A stretch of DNA of 64,000 nucleotides from Anthoceros angustus (lineage: Eukaryota > Plantae > Anthocerotophyta), in contig MU008150.1 of assembly GCA_010909165.1 (NCBI GenBank), forward strand, positions 558,001 to 622,000. Reading direction: 5' to 3'. A program made the position numbers and the translations under genes. Shown one piece after another: positions 1-10,322 of this stretch (position 1 is the stretch's first letter; the number at the start of each line of letters is the position of its first letter). The notes under the pieces are model-generated. The model was not told where the DNA came from and ran no database searches. It saw only the letters and a program-made list of their open reading frames with translations.

Positions 1-211
1 AGAGCAGGTAGAAGCAACGTGACGCACTGATGATGAAAATTGCTTGGATTTTGCTGCTGCTTGTCGCATCTTGCACATGCGCCTGGCACCGTCCCTGCTG
101 TCGATCAAACGTCCACACCAACTCCTTGACTGTTGAAGGAAGTCTCAGATGCCGTCTGCTTTGAATCAACAAACGACATTGTTCTAATTCCCTTCAACTC
201 CCCAAGCACGT

Positions 212-287
212 CCGGAAGTCTCCCTTTTCCCAGCTACCGACATTGTGAGCCCGGACATCTCCTTTTCCCAGCTACCAACATTGTGTG
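212..287. repeat. Imperfect ~38-bp tandem duplication upstream of the LysM gene
   Basis: ccggaagtctcccttttcccagctaccgacattgtg is followed by ccggacatctccttttcccagctaccaacattgtg. Confidence 0.8.
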
Positions 288-427
288 CAATGCAGCGGAA
301 TAGACATGCTTAGAGAAGCCGTTTGCAAGCCAGGAGCTCTGGCTTTGTTTTGTCGTGCACAAGACGCAGATGTCTTAAAACCTGCTGAATAGGTGAGGGA
401 AGAGACAGAAATCGGGCATTACAGAGA

Positions 428-2218
428 ATGGCAGCTCGCAGATCCGGCACGGTTAGGTGCGACGAGCTCGTCCTTGTCTTGCTGCTCTTCAGGTTGCTCT
501 TTGGAGCTGAGGGCCAGGCTGTGCCGGCGGCCTGCCCGGCCACCTGCACGGATGCGCAGGCGTATTTCATTGCCAGCCCGACTGCCCCTTCTCCTTTCAC
601 TTTTGGAGCGATTGCCAACAACTTCAACATCGCCGTTGTGGATCTGGCGGGAGCAAACAACGAGGACTTGACAGATCTTTCGACAGTCGGAGGCATTATT
701 GTGCAGGCCTCTGGAGAAGTGCGAGTGCCCCTCCCGACCTGTTCCTGCAAGGGAGGGGTATACACCGCAGACAATGTCACCTACACGGTGCAATCTGGAG
801 ACAGCCTGTCCGCCATTGCGTCGGTGACCTATGGCGGACTCGTTATTTACCAGGACATAGCTACCGCGAACAACATCGGCGATCCTTCCCTGATAGAGGT
901 GTGATGTCCACTGGATGCGGTTTGGAAACCTTGCTTTCGCTTCCATCTCTGACACAAGGCTCTGGATCCGATTTCTCTGCTCTGTTTGTGCAGCCTGGAC
1001 AGCAGTTCGTCATCCCTATTCCTTGCACTTGCGTGGCACGGCCTGAAACTCCGCCCGCAGTGGCTCTGTCCTACGTGATCGTTCTCAACGACGACTATAC
1101 TCTGGTTGCGAGCAAGTTCAACACAAATGCAGATGCTGTTGTGTCACTCAACCCTTCTGTGAATGCTTCTGCCCTGGTTGCAGGCCAAGTGATCGAGGTT
1201 CCTCTTCCTGGTAAAATCACAACGCCAACGTAGCAGTCATACAAGACAGACTCCATGTGATGCTCCTTTTCCTTGATCTGACATGGAACTGACAAGATGG
1301 TGTTTGATTCATCCATCCTGTACACTGTCAGCTTGCTCTTTCAATCTGTCAACTGGGAGTCTCCTGGTGGCCTACGATGCCTACACTGTCACTGCAGGCA
1401 CCTGCGTGCAATGCAATTGCAGGGCTTCGGAGTCAGGGGATCCTACTGGCGAATGTGTGCCATTCCCGGCCTCCGATTCCTGCTCCGCCAGCTTGACGTG
1501 CCCTGGCACGAACCTGACCATCGGGAGCTCAATTACAGTACAGAAAACGGCTTCCTCCTGTGAGGTCACCACATGCTCATACGACGGATACTCCACTTCG
1601 GCAGGCATACTCACCAAGTAAGTAACAAGTCATGTGCTGCTGGACGGTAGTACTGATGGTGCCTTGCCCAGCTACTCAACCTATGCATGTCATGCCCGTG
1701 ATGCTCTGCTTGCAACTTGCAACTGGCATTTACAGCCACTGATCGATGTAACGTGTCCTGTCGCTGGTGGTGCAGAGTGCAGAACGAAACCGTGACTGGA
1801 ATCTGTTCAGGTGAGAATGCCAGACCTAGAACCAACAGGGCATGCCAGCTTGCGTATGGGTGCATACAGTGTGCATTCCGTGATATGTCAGGTCGGGGCA
1901 GGACACGGCAGGGCATGAGTGTATGGTTGTGTGGTGACGTCTTGGATTGACAAGTCTGTGGTCGTGCTTGATGCAGAGATTGCAACACCCCCGCCTCCTC
2001 CACCTACCCCAGCTGGAGCGCCACCCCCTCAAGCATCGCCACCCACAACATCACCCCCTGCCCGCACACTGTTCCCGCCTCCTCCTCCTACCACGCCGGG
2101 TTCGAATCCTGGTTCCGGCTTGTCTGCCCCACCTCCAAGTTCACCCGCAGTGCTGAATGAAGCGTGGCCTGCCCTCATCCTGGCAACATTTGCTGCCATT
2201 CTGAGCACCCTCCTGTAA
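428..2218 (+). CDS. GPI-anchored LysM receptor-like protein (LYM/CEBiP family), 5 exons: 428-898, 994-1210, 1332-1617, 1776-1810, 1977-2218 (416 aa)
   Basis: Signal-peptide-like hydrophobic stretch (LVLVLLLFRLLFGAEG). LysM motif YTVQSGDSLSAIA...IATANNIGDPSLIE, with CxC spacers (CSC, CTC) between LysM modules. Cys-rich domain (AGTCVQCNC), Pro-rich stalk and hydrophobic C-terminal tail. All four introns are GT-AG and the exons sum to 1251 nt, in frame. Confidence 0.92.
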
Positions 2219-3159
2219 TTTTTCACCACGCTCTAAGCTTATTACATCACCCTCTTGCTCTTTCATTGCGAGTGTCCTGCCATTAATTTGAAAGAGTCCC
2301 CGTGACGTTCTCCACTTCATTCCTTCAAGGAATGAAGTGTCGGTTCAAGGATATTACGTACATATGTATAGATGTTCCTCCTCCACACGCAACGCAAAGC
2401 TGTGCAACCCAGGTCCCAGATTGGTGGGCACCGAGAGGACAGCGAGGGTGAAATGGCCGTGCGTACCATGGGGTGCAGGTTGGCAGGTTCAAATGGTGCA
2501 GTGGAAAGTTACAGATGCGATGCGGATATTGATTCAATCTGAGTGGTAGGATGGGCTGCGGGATGGCTGGATGCCGCTCCACAGCTTCTTTCTACTTTCC
2601 AGTAGAGTTGAATTAAAGTCATGTGGCGACTCGGTTGGGCTTGTGGACAAGGTATGGGCGGGCGAGATTGACATGAGCCGCCACAAAACAAATGGTTTAC
2701 TACTGCACTGCGCGTGGGTTGCCAGTCTTGCTGCACGGCGTGCTCTGGCAAATCAGAGCTCCTCCCTCTCTCAGGGCTCCTCCATACATGCAGAGATACA
2801 TATGTCTTTGTTTGGACTCGAGACAACCTAGGCTGCTGCAAGAATCCCTTGGAGACTGGTACGGTAAATCACTTCAACCCCGTAAGCTCATTGGTGGCTC
2901 TGAGACCGAGAAAAAGCACATGTATGCACACAGAGGGGTGTACTATGGCAGGATTCCTGCGAATCACGTGTGTGGCACACGCCAAGATATGCGACACAGA
3001 GATGCAGAACTCCCCTCAAGGCTGGGAGTGGTGTTACCTAACAACTCCCTATTTCTAGACCGGTCAACGCAACACAACTTGCAAGGTAGGATAGAAGCGT
3101 CTATGAGCCGTCAGTATATCTTGGAAGACAGTTAGACTTGCCACTGTTTATGCGGCAGA

Positions 3160-3222
3160 GGGAGGAAGGAAGGAGGAAGGAAACGGCAAACGGCAAACGG
3201 CAAACGGCAACTACTACTATAC
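3160..3222. repeat. Compound microsatellite: GGAA-rich, then (ACGGCAA)4, then CTA repeats
   Basis: Direct reading of the sequence. Confidence 0.85.
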
Positions 3223-3361
3223 TAAACAAAGTCTGATCAAAACATAGCATATTACGTCTTGACAGACCCATGATAGGACACTAGAAGGACGGCAAGGCTA
3301 TCCAAATAGGTCTCTATGTGCCACACTAAAGAGGCAGGGCACCTTGAAGATGACATGCCCG

Positions 3362-4616
3362 CTAGAAAGACTGCACCATCTTCTCCGACCCTGCCCACGG
3401 CTTCAACTTGGATGACATGGAAAGGTATTGGTGTTGCTCACTGATCTCGTTCAGCACCCTGGAAGTCTTGACGAGGCCGATATCTGCATCTCCGTTCTTA
3501 GCACACAACCGCTGTCGCAGGAGAGGCAGAGTGGTAACAGATGTACCGCTCCAGCTGCTGCCTCTCCTGAAGGTGTGATACACAACCACACTTCCGTCGG
3601 GAAACTCTTCCCGGAAGGTTCCATCACAGTAGTACCCGCGGGGGTAGACGGACGTGTTCCATGACGACGCCGTGCTGTCCATTCCAGTCACAAACAAAGC
3701 GACAGAGAGTATCTCAGGCTGGAAGACGCGGGCCGCTCTGTCCACCACCAGATGGAGCCCGATGTCTTCCGGCCCGTACCCCATGGCCTCGAAGCTGGCG
3801 TAGCTGAAGCCATCCTCCGGCGTCACATGGATGGTGGAGTGCGCTCCCCGCTCTAGCCCATTCATAGAATAGCCGCACGGATCGAACGCGAAATCTGATA
3901 TCTCCGACCCGGGCAGGATATCGGCGATGCCCGACACATGAGTCATCTCCACCGCCGTCGGGAGCACAGCAGTCTGAAATTGCGAAGCGCATCCCTGTCC
4001 AGTTGAGTCATGCACATCTCCAGAGTATAAACGGGATCAGACTCTCTGGGACACGCTCCTCGTCCACCGAATAGTAGACATGCCAGTTGTGAGCATCATC
4101 CGGACTTCCTCCCATCACGAACGACTTCCCTCCATCCTTCCCGAGATGCCCGAAGTACTTCTCCAAGAACCTCACCTCCTCCGTGAAACTGCCGTGCGGA
4201 AACGGCTGCACGTGAGGGAAAATGAAGGAGCCACGAGTATACTTGCAGCTCAAGGCTCTCAGAAGCAGCCGCGCCGCGGAGTCCAACAAGACGGGAACGG
4301 CCCGCAGCAGCTGCGTCGTCCCGCACGTCTTGATCACGATCTTGCGCGGGTAGACGAACAAACTCGACTCCGACAGCACGTACGAGTCGAAGAACTCGTT
4401 ACTCCGCTGAGAAACGATCGTGCACTCCGCGGCCTTCAGCATAGCATCAATCTCCACACGATCCATACCCCGCAGCCCCGGCCCCCGGAGATCCACCGAC
4501 TCCGGGCCTGCAGCCGCACCGAATCCGACTTCCAACCTCTTCTCAAACCCCTCGAACCCCGGCAAGCACATCTTCTCACTCTCCGCCCGCGCTTCCTGCA
4601 CAAACGGCACCCCCAT
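3362..4616 (-). CDS. SAMDC: S-adenosylmethionine decarboxylase proenzyme, copy 1 (intronless; two apparent 1-nt deletions near 4055 and 3993; alternative ATG at 4571)
   Basis: Motifs GFEGFEKRLEV, proenzyme cleavage site YVLSE/SSLF, KTCGTT, FDPCGYSMN and TIHVTPEDGFSYASFE. Adding one G to each of two G runs restores colinearity with copy 2 (DEGACPRESDPVYTLEMCMTQLDRGCASQF). Confidence 0.95.
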
Positions 4617-4710
4617 CCCTCCCCCGTCCGACGCCAAAAGGATCAGCGAAACCTACACCCCCGCGTCCCTACCGATCCTCCTCCACCCACACCTCTTGCA
4701 TGCAGCGATA

Positions 4711-4860
4711 TCAGGATGGCTCGCGCCCGCAGTCGGAGTAGGCAGCGCTGCGGAACTTCTCAATTCCCCCTCGCGGCCGGATGTCTTCGATCAGGTAGCC
4801 CAGAACACTCTCGTGCTGGCACCGGTTAACCCTGCCACTCCGAAGCTTGCTTCCGTCCAT
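4711..4860 (-). CDS. SAMDC conserved small uORF peptide, copy 1 (49 aa: MDGSKLRSGRVNRCQHESVLGYLIEDIRPRGGIEKFRSAAYSDCGREPS)
   Basis: Manual translation. Matches the plant AdoMetDC leader-peptide pattern LGYxIEDxRPxGGIxKFRSAAYSxCxRxPS. Confidence 0.95.
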   Translation of the reverse strand: MDGSKLRSGRVNRCQHESVLGYLIEDIRPRGGIEKFRSAAYSDCGREPS

Positions 4861-4868
4861 CATAACAT
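4860..4868 (-). promoter_or_regulatory. SAMDC tiny uORF (ATG TTA TGA); its stop overlaps the small-uORF ATG by 1 nt
   Basis: Reverse complement reads gaATGTTATGATGgac, the canonical tiny/small uORF overlap. Confidence 0.9.
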
Positions 4869-5243
4869 TCGCACCGGGAGATCTCCACCCCGCCGATCAC
4901 AATTCTTGCTCGTCTCCTCCCTTCTCCCACTTGCCGGCTCCCGCCGCACCCGCCGCCGCCGCCACACCACAGCAACACTTCAATGTCACAACCTCGCACC
5001 AAACCCTCGCCCGGCGCGAGCGCAGCGAAAGCAGCAGCAGGAAGAGCACCAAACCCTTGCCGCGCAGCGCGGCAGCGATGACAGCCGCCCAAACAGACGA
5101 GAGAGCAAGGCAGCGGTGATGGCGCGGCGGCGGAGCGCGATGCGCAAGACAGAAGGCGCGGAAGAGAGCAAGGGCGCAGGAGAGACGCAAGGAGCGATAA
5201 AGGGAAAAAAGAGAAATGTGCAAGCGTGGAGTAAAGGGGAAGG

Positions 5244-5254
5244 GATTATATATG
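5244..5254 (-). promoter_or_regulatory. Probable TATA box of SAMDC copy 1
   Basis: catatataatc on the minus strand, about 380 bp upstream of the tiny uORF and followed by a pyrimidine-rich leader. Confidence 0.5.
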
Positions 5255-5813
5255 CGCGGCGGAGGCGGGTTTCCGGGTCCAGCCACCACACGCCACCGGG
5301 TGGGCCGGGGCCCTAGGCCCTTCCCTCGCCTTTACTCCCAAGCGCGATCCCCGCAAACGGGTGGGCGAGTTAAGTTAGGGCACGGCCGCACGCTGGAGCT
5401 CTTCCTGGAAGGTGAGTCGACTCGCCACTTGGCCGCCTCGCCATACGTTCTCCCCCACGTTCCAATTTTATCGAATCCCATTCCGGTTGTGGGCGACATG
5501 GCCCATGGCAGCCTTGCCTTCCTATTATCTCATGCCCTCCTTCAACCTTCCTTCCCTCTCTCCCTCCCACACCCGGCACGATACGATATAAAATTATCCC
5601 TCTTTGGTTGAAGTAGAAAATGTGTCAGTATGCAACATGAAATTGCGGAGTTTCAGTGGCAGCATGGTTAAGTGCATCCAACTTCTCCTGGGCCATCCAT
5701 CAAGGTTATTATATAGGATATGGAGTACATCAATTATTTTTCTTTTTTGTGATTTGATTTAAGTACGCATATCTATAAAAAAAAAAATTTAAGTGTTATG
5801 ATAGTACATGGCG

Positions 5814-7205
5814 GTTTTTAGGAGAGGACAAACCGAAACGAACATAAGACGCGCCATGTACTACCATAGCACTTTAAAGAAAAAGTTAGCACCTATAACA
5901 CCATATGTACCGGACAGTAAGTGAGGATTTTAGGAGAGGACAAACTAAAACGAACATAAGACGCTTCCTCACTTGCTGTCTAGTACATATGGTGTTATAT
6001 GTGCTAACTTGTTCTTTGCAGGAAGGTATTCTTAGGATATGTACTGTGTCATAGGAGTTGTAGTACTTTAAATGAGCTTTCACTCAAGTGCGCATTATTT
6101 GGCACCTATGTGTACATCCTTTCATTTCCTAGGATGAGGTGTCATAAGAGTTATAGTACTTTAAAGCTTTCACTTAAGTACGCGGTGTTGAAAGGCGATG
6201 ATAAGAGCAATTTTCAAGACAGGGTTAGATGCTCAAAATGAAAGTGATGTTCCCTACATTGCCAGTCCATTTGTATACATCCTTTCATCTCTTGAGATAG
6301 GATGTCATAAGAGCTACACTACATAATTTGTTGCTCTTCTTCAAGTTTGCATATCTATTGCTCTTTCAAGGTCGTGATAGGACAAATGGGGACAACCAAA
6401 AGTGATGCTTCTTGGCTTTATATAGTATTTATGTGTACATCTTGTCATCGCCTAGGATGCCGTGCCAAGAAGTTGGATGTGATCTTCACTTCACTATTTT
6501 TGCACTCCATTTTCAGATTCTGTGTTCACTTCAGTGGCAGCTCTTAATTCAGGTCCTCCAAAAATGACAAATAAATGCTCATATTTCAGGTCCTTAGATA
6601 GCTTTTTGCACCTTGTGGGTCTTGTGTAAGAGAAACCATCGTGCCTTGCTGAACCCTAATATGAATGGAACATGTTGGTTTGTGATTCTTTGTTCACTTC
6701 ACTGGCAGCTCTTAATTCAGGTCCTCCAAAAAATAAATGTTCATATTTCAGGTACTTAGATAGATTTTTGCACCCTGTGTGTCTTGCACAAGAGAAACCA
6801 ACGTGCCTTATAGAACCCTTACAGCTTACAGGGATGGAACATGTTGGATAATATACTACAAAACGATGATAGAGCTTTGATACATATTGCCTCCAGGGTA
6901 GCGGTATATCTAAACATGCATCGGACTTGGATCTCATAAGTCCATGGGGTAGAGCTCTAAGGTTAGGTTCTTCAAGTGCAAAAGATTAAATAATCTCAAT
7001 TTTAGGTCTTGGATCACAAGGAATTTATGTGTTTTTCAGTTTCGATACCAATTCAAGCCTATCTATATATGTATGAAGCTTACCATCATTTTTTATGGTT
7101 TACTTGCCTTCCCTATTTAGGTGATGCTTCATTATTCTTTCAAGCCTATCTATATATGTATGAAGCTTACCATCCTTGCCTTCCCTATTTAGGTGATGCT
7201 TCATT
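5814..7205. repeat. AT-rich spacer with several short local duplications (about 5814-5852/5926-5964, 6046-6090/6140-6180, 6529-6690/6696-6850, 7052-7130/7139-7205)
   Basis: Paired near-identical strings such as ttttaggagaggacaaac, gcagctcttaattcaggtcctccaaaaa and caagcctatctatatatgtatgaagcttaccat. Confidence 0.75.
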
Positions 7206-7782
7206 TTTCTTCATGGTTTACCGTTATATGTGTGTATGTTCTAGTAGGTATCTGGTTTTTGGACTATTTGGTTTTTCTTCTTCTTCTTCTTCTTATATTT
7301 ATAAATTAAATAGAGTAAACTTGTGTATATATATACTTTATTGAGTACTTTTTATATTTAATTTATGGTTATCTTCTGTGGATAAGATAGGGTATGTTTT
7401 TCCTTGTCGACAAGTGGGTTCAGTTGCTGATAAACAAAGGTTTCCATCTTGCTAACCTCCTGATTCTTTGCTTGTCTTAGCCTTGGAGTTGCCTTCGTCG
7501 TCCTCGCGCGGCCTGTTGAAGCAAGCCAAGTGAAGGAAAGCTGAGGACGCTTTCTTCTTGCCTGTTGGTTTTCTTCCATCGCCTTCCTCGGCTTCGCGCT
7601 TTCTGCGGCTTTGTGGTTGCGTCAGCATTGCGACGCTTGCTTAGATGCTGGTTGGCTTCCTGCGAACCTAGGGTTTTGTGCTTGAGGCCCAACCGCAGCG
7701 GCTTTGGCTTCGGCCGCATCCTTGGAGAAGGGCACGAATCCTGCAGATTGTTATCGCTGGCGCTGGAGTTCGATCAGGTGGG

Positions 7783-7791
7783 ATGTTATGA
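7783..7791 (+). promoter_or_regulatory. SAMDC tiny uORF (ATG TTA TGA), copy 2
   Basis: ggATGTTATGATGgaa; same arrangement as copy 1. Confidence 0.9.
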
Positions 7792-7943
7792 TGGAAGGGA
7801 ACAGGAAGTCGCGGGCTAAGTCGCAACCGGATCACCAACACGAGAGTGCCCTCGGATATCTGATTGAAGACATCCGTCCGCGGGGAGGAGTGGAGAAGTT
7901 CCACAGTTGTATCTACTCCGACTGCGGGCGGGAGCCTTCCTGA
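7791..7943 (+). CDS. SAMDC small uORF peptide, copy 2 (50 aa: MEGNRKSRAKSQPDHQHESALGYLIEDIRPRGGVEKFHSCIYSDCGREPS)
   Basis: C-terminal part of ORF 7704..7943; carries the AdoMetDC leader motif. Confidence 0.95.
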   Translation: MEGNRKSRAKSQPDHQHESALGYLIEDIRPRGGVEKFHSCIYSDCGREPS

Positions 7944-8142
7944 CAGGAGGAAAGAGGTGACCTTCTTGCTTTCGGATCCACCTCGTAGGTCTTGATTGGC
8001 CACGCCAATTTGAGTACCCATGTTGGATCGCTAGCAGGCAGGTGTAGGGGCGGGGAGGAATTGCAGTGGAGGAAGTTAGTTTGGAAGCGGACGGGATTTG
8101 ATCCGGAGGGAAAACGATTCGGGCAGGCTCGGGGAGAGGGAA

Positions 8143-9333
8143 ATGTCGTTGCCAGGGTTTGAGGGATATGAGAAGAGGCTGGAGGTTGGATTTGCGGGGC
8201 CTTTTGCTGCCCAAGGAATGGGATTGCGCGCCATGGCCCGTGCAGAAATTGATGCCATGCTCAAGGCAGCTGAGTGCACAATTGTGTCTCAGCTGAGCAA
8301 TGAGCATTTCGACTCCTACGTTCTTTCGGAGTCGAGTCTGTTTATCTACCCTCGCAGCATGGTGATCAAGACGTGCGGCACCACGCAGCTGCTGGAGGCT
8401 GTGCCCGTCTTGTTGGCTTCAGCTTCCCGGCTGCATCTCAGAGCTGTGAGCTGCAGGTATACTCGTGGTTCTTTTAATTTCCCTGCAGTGCAGCCCTATC
8501 CGCACAACAGCTTCAGGGAGGAGGTGAAGTTTTTAGACAGGTTTTTCGGCCATCTTGGCGGACAGGACGGCGGGGAGTGGGTGGTTATGGGCCAGGATGA
8601 AGATCGCCACAAGTGGCATGTTTACTACGCAGTGGAGGAGGGAGCATTGTGCAGGGAGACTGATCCTGTGTACACGGTGGAGATGTGTATGACTCAGCTC
8701 GACACCCTGTGTGCTTCACAGTTTCAGAAAAGTGTGCTCCCCTCGGCCTTGGAAATGACAAAAGTATCAGGGATTGCAGATATCTTACCTGGATCGGTAA
8801 TCTGCGATTTCGCATTCGATCCCTGTGGCTATTCAATGAATGGGATGGAGAGAGCGGCATACTCCACCATCCATGTGACTCCGGAGGATGCCTTCAGTTA
8901 TGCCAGCTTCGAGGCCAAGGGTTACAACGAAGAAGACATGACATTGCAAGCTCTCCTGGACAGAGCCGCCGCCGTGTTCAGGCCGGAAGTATTTTCTGTG
9001 GCGTTGTTTCTGACAGGAGATAACACTAGGGCGTCTACCTGGAACACCTGTGTCTATCCTCGAGGTTATTTTTGTGACAGAACATTCAGGAAAGAGTTAT
9101 CAGGAGGAAGCGTGGTTGTCTATCACACTTTCAGGCGATCCAGCATTTGGAGCGGCTCCTCCATTGCCCCTCGGCCTTTACTCCCACAGCAGACTTCTGT
9201 GAACGTGGATGACGACACACCCAAGACTGTTCAGGGTCTGGACGACGATGGATCCGCCCATCTCTTCCTGCCCTTACCATCTTCAGAGCTCAACCCGTGG
9301 ACACTTCCAGAGAAGATGGTGGTGTCTTTCTAG
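8143..9333 (+). CDS. SAMDC: S-adenosylmethionine decarboxylase proenzyme, copy 2 (intact, 396 aa, intronless)
   Basis: Motifs GFEGYEKRLEV, YVLSESSLF, KTCGTT, FDPCGYSMN and TIHVTPEDAFSYASFE in one uninterrupted ORF. First ATG is at 8143. Confidence 0.97.
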   Translation: MSLPGFEGYEKRLEVGFAGPFAAQGMGLRAMARAEIDAMLKAAECTIVSQLSNEHFDSYVLSESSLFIYPRSMVIKTCGTTQLLEAVPVLLASASRLHLRAVSCRYTRGSFNFPAVQPYPHNSFREEVKFLDRFFGHLGGQDGGEWVVMGQDEDRHKWHVYYAVEEGALCRETDPVYTVEMCMTQLDTLCASQFQKSVLPSALEMTKVSGIADILPGSVICDFAFDPCGYSMNGMERAAYSTIHVTPEDAFSYASFEAKGYNEEDMTLQALLDRAAAVFRPEVFSVALFLTGDNTRASTWNTCVYPRGYFCDRTFRKELSGGSVVVYHTFRRSSIWSGSSIAPRPLLPQQTSVNVDDDTPKTVQGLDDDGSAHLFLPLPSSELNPWTLPEKMVVSF

Positions 9334-10322
9334 CGATGCAGTCACTGTAGGCCTCATGACGTAGCTTTAACGGTATACTCTACAGGAGGATGAGGAGAAT
9401 ATTTAGTTCGTGTCACGTTTTGCATTGTCCAACAGTTTGACGTATGCCACTTCCCATCAGCATCTCTGTTTGCTGTTACAGTGGAACTCGTGAGCTCTCT
9501 GCTCTATTATTGGGTCACTGTAATTCTATTCAATGCAGCTGCCTTGCCTTCCGTTGACCATGTTGTGTGCGATGTGCCAGACTTGTGTCATCCCAGAACT
9601 GTTGCAGCTGCTCTGGCCTTGATGTCAGATGCGTATCGGCATTTTCCCTCCACGTGATCATCAATTTTCGAAATCCGAGCAGCTGCAGACTGTGCCGCGC
9701 TGTGCTGCCCATGTCATCACACAGCCCACGCTTGTTCGTTGTGTTCTTTGTTTGTTTCTTCTGCCACTGGCCAGCCCAATCGCCGTACCAGGTTCACCAG
9801 GTTCTGCACATGACGGGAATCTGCTTGCAGACCGCGTTAAACTTGCTGTGTGGCGGCTGCCCCCGAGCCGCCGCAGAAACCCTGAAGATTCCAGCGCTCA
9901 TCACTGTTTTCCTGCAGCAGCCGGAAGCCGGCGTCCCAGTTGTATGTGTGTGAACAGTTTGATTCCCCTGGTTGGCCACTTGATAGAGCTGATTAGGTGA
10001 TGTCCCGAGCGACACGGATTCCTGGCTGGCCGACTCAGCGATGAGTCAGGGAGATGGAATCCGACTGTGCGAATAGGAAGCTTCTCCTGTACACAGCCGT
10101 CTGGAGGTCGTGGCTATGGCTTGCCTGCAATCTCCGTTACAACTCTCCCACTCCGGTCAACTTTTTCCTGGCAAGGATCGTTCGACATTCTGCACGTCTC
10201 ACGACGGCATGGCGCGTTCATGCATGGGGCTGTGGACAATCGGGTTTGGCGGGGATGGGCTGACGGGGACGAAGTTTCGCGGGCCCCGGGATTTTTAGGG
10301 TTCTGCAGTGTCGCGGTTGCGG

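Noticed and set aside
3985-4060. Programmed frameshifting or pseudogenisation of SAMDC copy 1
   Set aside because: Both breaks are single-G losses in G runs, the same pattern seen across the window, and the catalytic motifs and uORFs are intact.
4080-5316. Long plus-strand ORFs (249 and 298 aa) opposite SAMDC1
   Set aside because: Antisense shadows of GC-rich coding and leader sequence, with no recognisable motifs.
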